From the human T2T-CHM13v2.0 reference genome, Homo sapiens, in NCBI RefSeq assembly GCF_009914755.1, contig NC_060933.1: a stretch of 64,000 bases of DNA; one strand, given 5' to 3'. The position numbers and the translations under genes were made by a program. The notes under the pieces were generated by a model that saw nothing but the letters and a program-made list of their open reading frames with translations, did not search any database and was not told the origin of the DNA. Numbering within the stretch: position 1 is the first letter of the stretch; every line of letters begins with the position of its first letter. Positions 49,847-64,000 of this stretch are shown here, piece after piece.

Positions 49847-51105
49847 TATTTGGTGTGTTTGTGGTGTGTGTTGTGTCTGGTGTGTGTGGTGTGCATGTGT
49901 GTGTGTCTGGTGTGTGTGTGGTGTATGTGGTGTGTGTAGTGTGTGTGGTGTATGTGGTGTGTGCCTGTATCTGGTGCATGTGGTATGTGTGTGGTGTGTG
50001 TGTGTGTGGTGTGTGCATGTGTGTGTGGTGTGTGCACTTGTGTCTAGTGTGTGTATGTGGTGTATTTGTGTCTAGTGTGTGTGGTGTGTGTGTCTGATGT
50101 GTGTGGTGTGCGTGTGTTTGTGGTGTCTCTGTGGTGTGTTTGTGTATGGTCTGTGTGGCATGCATGTGTATGGTGTGTGTCTGTTGTGTGTCTGGTGTTT
50201 GGTGTGTGTATGTGTGTTTTGTGTGTGTGGTGTATACGTGTGTGGTGTGTGTGTGGGTGTGAAGTATGTGTGTAGTGTGTGTGGTGTGTGTGTGGTGTGT
50301 GCATGTTTGTGGTGGCTGTGTGTCCAGTGTGTGTGTGTGTGGTGTATCTGTGTCTGATGTGTGTGGTGTGTGCACGTCTGGCATATGTGGTGTGTGTGTG
50401 GTGTGTGGGTGTGTGGGTGTGTGTGGTGTGGTGCATGTGTGTATCTGGTGTGTGCGCTTGTGTGTCCTTTGTGTGTGGTGTACATATGGTGTGCATGTAG
50501 TGTGTGTGTGTTTGGTGTTTGTGGTGTGTGCGCTTGTGTGTCCAGTGTGTGTGTATGGTGTATGTGTGTCTGGTATGTGTGGTGTGAGTGTGTGTGGTGT
50601 ATGTATGCATGTGTGTGGTGTGTGTGGTGTGTGGTGCGTGTGTCTGGTGTGTGCACTTGTGTGTCCTGTGTGTGTGGTGTATGTGTGTCTGTTGTGTGTG
50701 GTGTGCATGTGTGTGGTGTGTGCGCTTGTGTGTCCAGTGTGTGTGTATGGTGTATGTGTGTCTGGTATGTGTGGTGTGAGTGTGTGTGTGGTGTATGCAT
50801 GTGTGTGGTGTGTGGTGCGTGTGTGTGTCTGGTGTGTGTGTTTGCGTGTCCTTTGTGTCTGGTGTGTGTGGTGTACGTATGGTGTGCGTGTAGGTGTGTA
50901 GTGTGTGTGTGTTTGGTGTTGGTGTGTGTGGTGTGCATGTGTGTGGTGTGTGCGCTTGTGTGTCCAGTGTGTGTGTATGGTGTATGTGTGTCTGGTTTGT
51001 GTGGGGTGTGTGCGTGTGTGTGTGTGGTGTATGCATGTGTGTGTCGTGTGTGGTGCATGTGTGTGATGTGTGTCTGTGTGTGATGTGTGTCTGTGTGTGT
51101 GTGTG
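49847..51105. repeat. ~1.26 kb GT-rich simple repeat with internal block duplications
   Basis: (GT)n/(GTGTG)n mosaic; block cgcttgtgtgtccagtgtgtgtgtatggtgtatgtgtgtctgg recurs near 50530, 50723 and 50953. Confidence 0.95.
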
Positions 51106-51493
51106 GAGAGGGAGATTTATCATGAGGAACTGGCTCATGTGATCACAGAGGCTGGCATGTCCACATCTGTGGTTCTGCCTGGCGGGCTTGTGTGCTGTCC
51201 ACACATGGAGAGCTGATGATGCAGTTCCCGATGGCGGTGGCCGGCAGAGGTGAAATCCAGAGGCACCTGCTGGAGACTTTTCCCTTACCCAGGGGAGGGT
51301 TGGTCTTGAATGTGGGTTGAATGAGGTCCACCCCACATTACAGAGAGCAGTGGTCTTCACTCTGTGGATTAAAGTGATAATCTCATCTCAGAGCACCTTT
51401 GTAGAAGTATCTGTAAGGTACTGTCAAGTGTACTTGACCAAGTATCTGAGTACCCCGTGGCCCAGCTAAGTTGACACAACATTAACCATCACA
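51106..51493 (-). mobile_element. MLT2 (ERVL) LTR fragment
   Basis: Reverse complement starts tgtgatggttaat..tgtgtcaactt; gagatttat..tgaggaactggctcatgtgat motif next to the dinucleotide tract. Confidence 0.75.
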
Positions 51494-53831
51494 GCATCTA
51501 AGAAATTGGTGCTCTTCTTGGTTCTTAGTATGACAAGTGAGTTTCAGTTGAAAACTGGCCATTTTTGGCCTTTCGGCATGGGACCTTGGATCTCAGTTAA
51601 GCATTCTGCGTTGGCTGTCAGGGAAGGAGGAGGGCTGCTGTCTTGTTGCCGGTGAGTGCAGAAGTCTAGGTTCCCCACTTGGCATCTGTTGACTTATGGT
51701 AGCGTGTTCTCCTTACTGCTGGGCGGGGGTGGCCGGTCTGGCTCCCCACCATGCCTCAAGGGAACTTTCCTGGCTGGGAGGGTTAGAGGTGCCTTGTTCT
51801 TGTTCTCCACGTGATTTCTGCACACTGTGTGTGGGTGGGCGGCTTTGTGACTGCTGGATGGTGGTAAAAGTCCTGGCTGCACAAGGCCCTTCTGATAGCT
51901 CCCTAGCTGCAGGGGGTGCCCCTACTGCCTGTGTAAATGGAAGTCAAGGTGTCCCGTGTGGTCTTCACTAGTACCGCGGAGGTGGGCTTGGGCTGGGGGG
52001 CCGTGATAACCCCTGCTGAGGAGGAACGTTCCACTTCCTACTTGGCTTTCTCTGACAGCACCCCATGGAGGGTGAGGGGATTCGGATGCCTCACTGCAGT
52101 CTAGGTGCTCCTCTGGGTCTTTGCTGGAAGGGAGGGATGGAGATGGAGCCAGCGTTTTCTGTGAGTTGTCTGAGAGCTCCCTGTCCTGCTAGGCTGCCTT
52201 GGTTAGGGAGAGCTGGCTTTTGCTGGTACTTTTTTTGGTCGTCTGTGCCCCTTGGGCATTTCCAAATTTTAGGCTTCAGCAGCTCCAAATGTGGGATATA
52301 AGAGGCAAGAAGAAAACCCCAGAAACACACCTTATATCCTGGGGTCCTAGCTAGTCTGCTCTATTTTCTCCATCTTTCAGAGTCATTCTATATTTGCTTT
52401 ATGAATAATTTTCAGTATGTTAATTCCACCTAGTGGGAACAATATGGCAGAGTATGTCTGCTCCATCTTCCCAGAAGTGGAAGTCCTGTTTTTTAAGATG
52501 AGAGGAATTAGAGCCAGTTGGCTACTGATGGGAACACTCCACTGGGGAGGGAAATTGCGGGAGCCAAGTGCTTGAGCAGGTGAGAGGGGCTGAGGCTACA
52601 GCAGCGATATCTCCTTTTTCTCAAGAAGGGAGGACAGGTTTGAGGGTGTGCTTGTGGGAAGTTGGTGGCTTTGGTGGCCACTCAGTCCACAGATCTGAGC
52701 TGCATGTGAGTCCGGACAGAGGTGTGGTCTAGTGGTTCATATTCTAGGAACATGAACTGCAGCTGGAGCTGAGATTCTGAATGTCACTTCTGGTTTCGGA
52801 TCCAGGAATCTCAGGGGCCAGCCTGGAATCAGTGTCCAAGGGTCAGGAACCACGAGCTTCAGTCCATGCAGGGGTGGAGGCTGCAAATCCGCCAGGCTGG
52901 CAGACACTGGAGGGCAGGAATGCCAACAGCAGCACCTGGAGATCAGCGCCCGCTGCAGGGCAGTGCCCCAACTGTCCTCCTGCCTCTGTCTTGGTGGAGT
53001 CCATCCCATGTCTTGTGAACTGCCTCTGAAGAGAGGCGTCCAGGAACGGGACTAGGGGCTGCCTCCCTTGGCACCCACCACCCTCCTGGTTTCTCTCCAG
53101 CACCAGACTTGCAGGGAGAAAGAGGTTCTCTACACCCCTTAGCCACATCCCCTGGGAATGCATAAAAATGAAACAACTATGGAATCAAATTGGGTTCAAA
53201 GGAGCGCACCCTTTTGTGGGCTGTGCTATAAAAAGCAAAAGATCTGGGAAAGAAGGTCCCTCTTTGCTTTCAGCTATTCAGATCATGCCTGAGTGCTGGG
53301 CGCTGTCTCAGGCCAGGCATGTGGTGAAACTGAAAATGCAGATGGGCCCACTGTTGCCTCTCAGCTGTGGGAGCTGCTGCATGTGGACTTGGGTCTGATG
53401 TGGACTTGGGCCTGTGGGCCCCCTTCAGGAGGACATGGCTTTGGAGCTGCCCAGGATGTCTGGTAGCCAGGGAGGTGTCTGGCAGAGGTTGGGTGCTCAT
53501 GCCACCTCGGGGCATCCACACTGCTGTGGCTCCCTGGGCCTACTGCTTGGCTTTTGAGTGTTGCCAGGCAGTGGCTGGCAGCACTGAGTGTCCCTGGTCC
53601 TCTGGGAGCTGCAGTCCAGAGAGAACTCTGCCAGCAAGGGCACGTCTGCCTGTGGGTGCTGCCTGGACTCCAGCCCCATGCTTGGACCTCCCTGTGACTG
53701 GCCTCCCCACTGCCTGGACCCTACCAGGTGTGTGCTTCTGAGAAGGAGGCCTGTTGGGGGCTGGGGGTGCTCCTGTGGCCGGGACTGTGTTTTGTCCCTG
53801 TCCTTCCTCATCTCCCTCTCCTTGCTTCCAG

Positions 53832-53935
53832 ACAAACGATGCGGCCGGCAACACCTGGAACTGGCTCTACTTCATCCCTCTCATCATCATCGGCTCCTTC
53901 TTCATGCTCAACCTGGTGCTGGGCGTGCTCTCGGG
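53832..53935 (+). CDS. CACNA1B: CACNA1B coding exon (probably exon 7, 104 nt): IS6
   Basis: ttccag|ACA acceptor, GG|gtgaga donor. [35 protein letters not shown]. Confidence 0.97.
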
Positions 53936-54197
53936 GTGAGAGACCATGTGGGGGATGTGCAGGTGCCCCTCTGTGTTCTCAGCTGAGGGGTCAACAGGGG
54001 CACGTGTGACACTTGGGGTGGGGGCCTGGCCCATGGGTGCCCTCTGTGGTGGTTGCCCCTGGTGTTCTGGGTTCTGGTAGCCCTTCCTTTGTGCCACCAT
54101 CCTGACCTGTCCTTGATCAGCCTCTCGGCCCCTTATCCCTGTCATACCCCTGGCCTTTCCGTGGTCTCTGCCATGGGAGAGTAGCTGCCACTACTCA

Positions 54198-54385
54198 TCT
54201 GGGTAGACAGGAGGTGTGGTCTGTAATGGGAGGTTGGTCTGGGGGGATGGGAGGTGTGGTCTGTAATGGGAGGTTGGTCTGGGGGGATGGGAGGTGTGGT
54301 CTGTATTGGGAGGTTGGTCTGGGTGGATGGGAGGTGTGGTCTGTGATGGGAAGTGTGGTCTTGGTAGATGGAGGTGTGGTCTGGG
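54198..54385. repeat. G-rich minisatellite, 40 bp x ~4.5 (two ~20 bp subunits)
   Basis: gaggtgtggt at 54211, 54251, 54291, 54331 and 54371. Confidence 0.92.
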
Positions 54386-56414
54386 ACAGGGTTTCTGAGC
54401 AGCCTCTGTGGCCACAGAGAGCCCCTCTGTTACTGTGGTGAGAAATAACTGGGGGCACCCTGATCTCTGTAGCAGTCACCACTGGGCTCGCCACCCTGGC
54501 CCTGACTGCTGGTGTCCACTTCCTCTCAGGTCACCTCTTTGTGCCAAGCTACTCCAGGGGATGGTGAGAGAGAGGGCTCAGGGCTGGGGGTCCATGCTGG
54601 AGAAGGTGGAGAAAGAGTCCTCTCTGGGAGTGGGATGTGGTAGGCGGGCATGGCCAGGTGGGCCTGTGGGCACACAGCCCCTCCTGTCCCACCCTGGGGC
54701 TGAGAGCTGAAGAGATGCCATGTATGGGGCCTGACTGGGTTTGGTATTTGGGGCTCCTGCCCTACCACAGGGCAAGGAGTTGTGCTAGGAAGGAGGTGGA
54801 AGGCATCAGGCCTGCCTGGCTTCCTGCTCCCACCTTGGCCTCAGCTCCCCAGTGAGGCTGGAGGAGTACATCTCCCCTCTGTCCTCACTATGATCCCTGC
54901 TCAGGCCCACGGCTCCGAGCCAGGCTGGGGATAGAGCCTGGTGAACCTGGGAGTTCTGCCACGCTGAGCAGGACAGGAGCAGCCAGAGTGGGGATGGCTG
55001 GAGCCGAAGCCTCTGGGCTCCAGCAGGAGATCGTGCCCTTGGTTTTGGCCCTGTCCTGTAAAGGGTGTGATTGTCATTAGCAGGCCTCTCCAAAAGCCTC
55101 CATGGGAACCAGCAAGCGACCGGCTCACGGGATGGAAATAGAACTCCTAGCCTGGCGGGGTAGCTGGCGGAGGCTTGAGGCTTGGAGGAGGCACCGGGGG
55201 AGGGACATCTCAGCTGAGACCCCACTGGGGGACTAGGAATGAGCCAGGCTAAGGAAGGAGGAGGGTCTTTCAGGCAGAGAACAGCTGGGGTGGAGGCACA
55301 GTGGACAGAAGGTTGTGGCCTGTGTGTTGCAGAGATGCTTGGAGCTGGAGTCAGAGGGTGTTGTGGGGAGAGGGCACAGGGGCTGTCAGGGGGCTGGCAG
55401 CCACCAGGCTTGTGAGGTGCCTGGGCTGTGCTGAGGGTGCTGCCTGGTGCCAAAGGTGCTGAGAACGCTGCCTGGTGGGAAGCCTGGCAGGAGCATAGGT
55501 GGGTTCAAGGGGAGGCAGGAGAGCAGCCTGCTCAGGGCTTCCTTCTGCATCCCTCTAGGGAATGTGCAGAATAGCCTGAGGGGCTGGAGGGGAGGCCCAA
55601 GGCAGGGCCTGCACGGTATTTCCCACTCCTTCCCCACTGTGAGGATCCTGGCCTCTGGGGAGAATGGGATATGTGATGTTCCTCCCATCAGCGCAGCTGA
55701 ACCCTCCCTCAGGCCCACAGGCCCAGCAGAGGGCCCCCAAGCCAGGGGCTGGCACCCCCCATGTGGGTCCTGCACCCCGGGGTGGCAGTGGTGAGAGGCC
55801 GCCTTCCCAGCCTTGCTCTGTGGGAAAAGCCGCGGCTCTGCCATGTCTGGGCGAGAGCTGCAGGAGGGGCCAGCTTGGGGCCAATTCGGCATCTCTCTCT
55901 CCATTCCCAGAGCTCCCATCCTCACAGCATCCCAGAGAAGCAGAAGAGGTGGCCCCTGTCCTGCCTCTTCTCACCCAGCGAGGACAGAAGCTCAGGGAGG
56001 GCTGGCCCTGCTGCCGGCCACTGCGTGAGAAGCAGCTGCTCTGTGGAGGGGGCCAGACTGCTGGGGGGAGTTGCTGCTGGGAGCTCTCAGATCAGTTCAA
56101 GCAGTGATGTCCTTGCCCTTCCCCTGCCCCCCAGGCCCTCTCATTCTCAGGGCATGGCCACAGGGATTGGTCTGGGTGGGGAGGCCACAGTGGACCCTGC
56201 CTTCCTGTAGATTTGGGACTTGGGATGCCCAGATGGGAGGGTGCACCTGGGCAGGCCTGGTCACCTTGCACTGCCTGGGCTGTAGCAGCTCAGTGCCTAG
56301 CGGACACTGGCCCTGCGCCCAGGGTCAGTCACGGTCAGAGCCGGGGATTGTTGCACCGGGGCTGTGTGTGCTGGGAGTCATACCTGCCACACCCACTCCA
56401 CCAACTCAGAAGCT

Positions 56415-56415
<1 letters not shown>

Positions 56416-56459
<44 letters not shown>

Positions 56460-56481
56460 GGGGGAGAGAGAGAGAGAGAGA
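56416..56481. repeat. Compound (TG)n(AG)n microsatellite
   Basis: Read directly from the sequence. Confidence 0.95.
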
Positions 56482-57255
56482 ATGGCTTGCTTCTGGCACT
56501 GTGAGCCTTAAAGCTTGGCCAGGAGGCTGGGGCTGGGCTGGGGATGCTGAGCTGGAAGGGCAAGTGTTCTCTGCTGGTCACCATGACGGCTGTGAAGGCT
56601 CAGGCGGGGCTGGGGTGAGATGTCGGGGGCCAATGACAGAAGGTCTCCTCTCCTGCTCACTGTGAGCCTCAGAGGCTTGGTTGAGGAGGCTACGTGGACT
56701 CTGCGGTATTACCCTTCTGCCTCTGGCCTGCCCTGACCCAGTCCCTTCTTCCCTGTCCCTGTCTGTCCCTCCCACTTCCCACAGAGGCTTTGCATCTGAA
56801 CCAACAGAGGAAGCAAAGTGAACGTTCTCCTCTGGAGAATTCTCGCCAGGAGCTCTCTGGAGGACAGCAGATAACAGAGCCTGGCACAAGGGGAGGGAGG
56901 AGGCGCATGCCTAGGTTGCTGTAGGCAGGGGCTGTGAAATTGTCCCTGCTCTCTAGAACTGCCCCTCTGGGGACCAAGGCACCGTCCCTAAGTGCCACGG
57001 GAGTCTGAGGATGGAGGGCCACCTGGGCTGCTCATGGAGGCCCTCTGGGTGCCCAGGGAGCTGTCTGGTGCTCTGGAGTGCTCATCTGGAGTGCTCAGGT
57101 TAGAAGAGGCCTGGGTGGCAGGGGCCTGCCTGAAGCAGCAGCCTGCAGCCTGCGTCTCCTGTCCCAGGCTTTCCCTGGTCCTTTTTGTCTCTGGGGCTGC
57201 ACACCTGTGGGGCTTGCACTCACCTGATCTTGCTTTTCCGGCCCCTGCATGGTAG

Positions 57256-57371
57256 GGAGTTTGCCAAGGAGCGAGAGAGGGTGGAGAACCGCCGCGCCTT
57301 CCTGAAGCTGCGCCGGCAGCAGCAGATCGAGCGAGAGCTCAACGGGTACCTGGAGTGGATCTTCAAGGCGG
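57256..57371 (+). CDS. CACNA1B: CACNA1B coding exon (probably exon 8, 116 nt): I-II linker with AID and QxxER G-beta-gamma motif
   Basis: ggtag|G acceptor, G|gtgagg donor. [38 protein letters not shown] matches the AID consensus QQxExxLxGYxxWIxxxE. Confidence 0.97.
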
Positions 57372-57933
57372 GTGAGGGCCCGTGGGAGCCACTGCACTCC
57401 TGGCCGGCCACTGTTAGTTCTCTGTCCCCAATTCTGCTCTGCTGCCAGCTGGGGTGCCCTGGCTGCTGGGTAGAGCCTGAAGGGATTTTGTAGTGAGCAG
57501 AGTGAGAAGGGATTTCTCTCTAGCTCACCCAGGGGCCTGGCACCAGGCAGCCATATGGCTCTGAGGACAGTGGCCTTTTAAATGGAGGACTCTGCCATGG
57601 CCCAGCCTAAAGCTGGTCTCTCCCCATTAGTGTCAGCCAAGTCCCTTCTGTGCCCTGACTCTGGGTTTTGTCAAGCCTGGACTCCCTCCCCTCGCCCCAG
57701 GCCAGCACTCTTTCCTCCACATGGGGCATCCACTCACACCTCCTAAGGTTTCCCAAGTGCCTCTTCAGAGATGAACTCGCCTGTGGCACAGCTGTTCTCA
57801 GGGAAGCGACGTGTGGGTAGGGACGGGCAGACACAAGGCGGCTGAGTCCTCTTCACAGGGGACTGTCTGTCCCTGTAGAAAAAGCTCAGCTGTGGGCCCT
57901 GCTGGCTTCTGGAAGTCTAAGAGCTGATAAGGC

Positions 57934-58510
<577 letters not shown>

Positions 58511-59155
58511 TCACATGAACACAGACTAGGGCCATGGTGTCTGACCCTGGCACCTGACACAGGCCCACACTGCAGGTTTAAACCGAGCTGTGTCTATCCC
58601 CAGGGCTTGGGGTGCTGCTGCTCCCAGAGACCATGGGAGGGCTCATGGCACAACCTGGGGCCATGAGAGGGAGCCCGGGCCCCACTGCTGTGGTTGCTGG
58701 CACTAGTTACCAGCATAGCTGCAGCAGCAGGAAGGCTGCCCTCTCTGCACACCCACCGCTCAGGTCAGGGCCAGACAGCATGGGCACTTCCGTGGCAATC
58801 TCAGCCGGCCCCATGCCTGCGGCTCTGAGCAGGTCTATGCTGTCCCTGTTGTAGTCCTGGCCTTGCCCCAGATGGACGTTTCCTGGTCTCCCTGGTGGCC
58901 AGGCCTCCCCACTGGCCTCATTTTGGAAGAAAGGGAAAGCGGGGACCCCTCACCCTCAAAATTCCTTGTCCCTTCAGCTCTGGGGACTGGGAGGGACCCA
59001 AGGGGGCCCACAATCATCCGGCCTCAGCCCCAGTTCAGGACAGGAGCTCAGGAGAGGTCACTGGTCCCAGGGGGAGGGTGATCCCATGCCCCGCTGAGGC
59101 AGGTGGCCTGAGGGCTGCAGCTCAGGCAGTCTCTCCCATCCTTTGTTTAAAGCAG

Positions 59156-59245
59156 TGCTGAAGAGAGCGGCCACCAAGAAGAGCAGAAATGACCTGATCC
59201 ACGCAGAGGAGGGAGAGGACCGGTTTGCAGATCTCTGTGCTGTTG
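59156..59245 (+). CDS. CACNA1B: CACNA1B coding exon (probably exon 10, 90 nt; 93 nt from the alternative acceptor at 59153)
   Basis: NAGNAG acceptor aagcag|TG, G|gtgagt donor. (V)LKRAATKKSRNDLIHAEEGEDRFADLCAV. Confidence 0.95.
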
Positions 59246-60637
59246 GTGAGTCTCAGGGTGTCCCTCCAGCTCTGCCAGGCTTGAGCTGGACATGGAGTGC
59301 ATGCTCCGCTTCCCCTGCTACCCAGCCACTGTTGGACGCCCCTTCTTGCCCAAACGCCTGCAGGCTCCTTTCAGACAGTTTGCTGCTCCTGGCTTTGTGA
59401 CCCCCATGTGGACATAGGGCCCTTAGCCATATCCCAAGGCTGGAGGACTCTATAGGGCCACCTCTCTCTTCAGCCCCTGTCTCTTTTTCACTTTCTGGAC
59501 CTGCTGCCTCTGAGGCTGTTGTGTCATCCCCTACCTCTCAAATAGTACAAGGAACATTCTGGTTAATTTATCCAACAGAGCTGTGTCGGTTCCCTTCCTC
59601 TCTATCTGGTACCAGATTCTGGTTCCAGAAGTGCCTGGGCCTTGCTTCATTTTGAGACACCAAGTCAGATCCAATCTGGACTTCCTTGCTGTACAGCAGT
59701 CTGTGAGTGGACCAGATTTAGAAGATGTCTACCATTATATTGTTACATGTATGAGACAGAACTCTTTAATAAAACAGGAAACACACACACACTCATGCGT
59801 ACACACACATACACTTAAACTGGACCTTTTCTGTCCTCACTCAGCACTAGGAAACTCCTGTTAACAACTTCCAATGTACCCTTCCCTATTTCTCCATGCT
59901 CACCTCAGATAACACACACAAACACTCATACATCCACACACAAATATGCATGTAGAGTTTTGGAGTCTTCTGTTACAAAAATGATTTCATACAAACTTTT
60001 CTCACCAGTCCCTTTCCTAATCTGCTCCTAATCAATTTGTCTGATTCTAGCCCCCCTTGTCGGGTGCAACCTGGCGTTGCTGATGTGGAGTCACTGGAGT
60101 TGTTCAGTTGCTCGTCTGCTGATCGTCTGCTGATGGCCATTTATTTCTAGTGCTTTTATCTCACTATGAAAAATACTGCCCCCAAGTCTTTGTGAATGGC
60201 TGTCCTTCCTCACTAGTGCTTTTCTCTGTGGGGCAGATTCCCAGGAGCAGGTGCTGAGGGTAAGGGTGTGGTACTGTTCAGAGTTCTGTGCGACCCCACA
60301 TTCCATCCACAGTACAGGCCAACCTTCGCCCTCATCCAGTGCTATGTGACGGCTCCTTTTGATTTTTCCCAGTTTGAGGCCAATTTGATGAGTGTAGAGT
60401 AATATTTCTTTGGCACTACAATTTTCCTTTCTCCTACTGTCCGTGATGCTGGCCCTCTTTCTAAATGTTTGTTCCCTGTCTGGACTTGGCCTTTGGTGAC
60501 TCTTCCCATATGCTATACAGTTTTCTAGTGAGTTTGTTTGTAAATTATTTTGTATTTATTTTGACAATAATGAGATACCAATGTATATCATAGATCTGAA
60601 TGTTTTATCATCTTATAATTTTATTTTATTTAATTAA

Positions 60638-60930
<293 letters not shown>

Positions 60931-61584
60931 CATCTTATAATTTTAAACAATTTATTATATGATTGTGGTAGCTAAATAGTTTCCTTCTATTGCTATTTTA
61001 TCTAGAGTTTTTATTCTGATTTTGTAAAATGAATTGAAGAGTTAAAATGTCTTCATCTATGGTTTGGAATCCTTTAAATAACACTGGAATTATCTTTTTT
61101 TATAGATGAGATAAAACTGTGAATCTATATAATCCAAAAAAGAAAAAAAAAAAGGATTTGGACCAGTGTTGTGACTTAGGCTTTGTTAGGAAATCGCCCC
61201 GTTCTCAGGGTGTTGGGATCCCTTTCTGTGGCGCTGTGCACCGGCTCTCTGGCGATTCTCTTAACCTCGCCTGTGTCGAGTGCTTGTGCCTCATTCAGCA
61301 GATGTCTATCCAGTGCCCGCCACGTGCCAGCAACGGAGGCATGGGGGCCGCGACACTGGAGAAACTCCTAATAAAGGCCCTTCATCATTGGAGTTTCCGT
61401 CCAGTGGGGGCATCAAACAACAAATAAGATAGTAAGGAAAATAGGCCGCATGCCAGAGCCCCTGTCCGGAGGAGGAAGAGGTCAGGAAGGCAGGAGTGGA
61501 AGCGTGTGGAGGGGGGGCGGTGCCAGAAGTTCATGGCCATAGAAGGCCTGAGGAAAAAGACTGCCTTTGAGTAAAAGAGTTGCA

Positions 61585-62365
61585 GGAAGTGAGGACGCCT
61601 GAGGGACGCCGGGGCGGGGGAGAGGGGAGGTTGGCCTGAGGGAAGCCAGGGGAGGGGAGGTCAGCCTGAGGAACTACTCTCAGGCCGACCTGGAGAGAGA
61701 GGGGAGCTTGGCCTGAGGAACGTGTGTGGCGGGGAGGGAAAGTTGGCCTGAGTGAGGGGGAGGGGGAGGGAAGGTCGGCCGGAGGGAAGCCGGGAGAGGG
61801 GAGTTAGGCCTGAGGGACACCCGGAGAGAAGGGAGGTCCGGGGAGAGGGGAGGTCGGTCTGAGGGACACGGGGCGTGGGGTGGCGAGGTAGGGGAGCGGG
61901 AAGGGGAGGTTGGCCTGAGGGACGCGGCGGTGGGGTGTGGGGGAGGTTGGCCTGACTGGGGGGGAGGGGGAGGGGAGGTCAGCCTGAGAGACGCCACGTG
62001 GGAGGGGAGATCGGCCTGAGGGATACCTGGGAGAGGGGAGACGCCACCAGGGAGGGGAGGTCGGCCTGAGGGATGCCGGGAGAGACGGGACGTCCGGGGA
62101 GAGGGGAGGTCGGTCTGAGGGACACGGGGCGTGGGGTGGTGAGGTAGGGGAGCGGGAAGGGGAGGTTGGCCTGAGGGACGCGGCGGTGGGGTGTGGGGGA
62201 GGTTGGCCTGACTGGGGGGGAGGGGGAGGGGAGGTCGGCCTGAATGAAGGACACCCAGGAGAGGGGAGATGCGAGACGCCGCCAGGGAGGGGAGGTCAGC
62301 CTGAGGGATGCCCAGGGGAGAGAGGGGAGGTCAGGGGAGAGGTGAGGTCGGCCTGAGGGACCTCT
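61585..62365. repeat. G/CpG-rich degenerate minisatellite (gggagaggggaggtcggcctgagggacgcc) within an L2 remnant (~61289-62530)
   Basis: ggcctgaggga core repeated many times; 145-bp block duplicated at 61836-61980 and 62092-62236. Confidence 0.9.
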
Positions 62366-62609
62366 GGGAAAGGACATTCCAGGCAACGAGTGCCAAGACC
62401 CTGAGGCAAGGCTGTGCTTGGCACCCAGGTGTGGAGAACGTCTTGGAGGCCAGCGCGGCTGGAGTGAGGTGCCATGGGCTGTCGGTAGCGGTCGAGGAAA
62501 CCTGAGAGTCAGACAGGCTCACTTCCAACCGGGACCCCAGGCCGCCCTGGTGGTTTGCAGAGGGGTGACACCCTCTGGCTTCTGTGGTATAAGGGTCTCT
62601 CTGGAGACT

Positions 62610-64000
<1,391 letters not shown>

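Noticed and set aside
49789-51360. His/Thr-rich ORFs up to 438 aa
   Set aside because: Translations of the CA strand of the GT repeat.

Overview
Primate, most likely human, genomic DNA from inside CACNA1B (Cav2.2 / N-type calcium channel alpha-1B) on the + strand. Seven GT-AG coding exons, probably exons 4-10, splice in frame. They encode domain I S3-S6 (S4 voltage sensor, TMEGW pore loop) and the I-II linker (AID/QxxER). The rest is intron, rich in Alu, L1, L2, MER1 and LTR elements. The ~35 kb intron between the third and fourth visible exons holds a two-LTR MER51-type ERV1 provirus with a tRNA-Arg PBS and gag, integrase and env remnants. Its integrase is interrupted by a near full-length L1PB, itself carrying an inverted L1PA that carries an Alu, and by a solo LTR3. 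Several minisatellites appear to have grown out of old LINE/LTR remnants. The most interesting is a 22 x 57 bp CpG-rich VNTR whose unit junctions create an array of REST/RE1-like sites. No prokaryote-type system (CRISPR, operon) is present. Repeat family names and exon numbers come from recall of consensus sequences, not from a database search.
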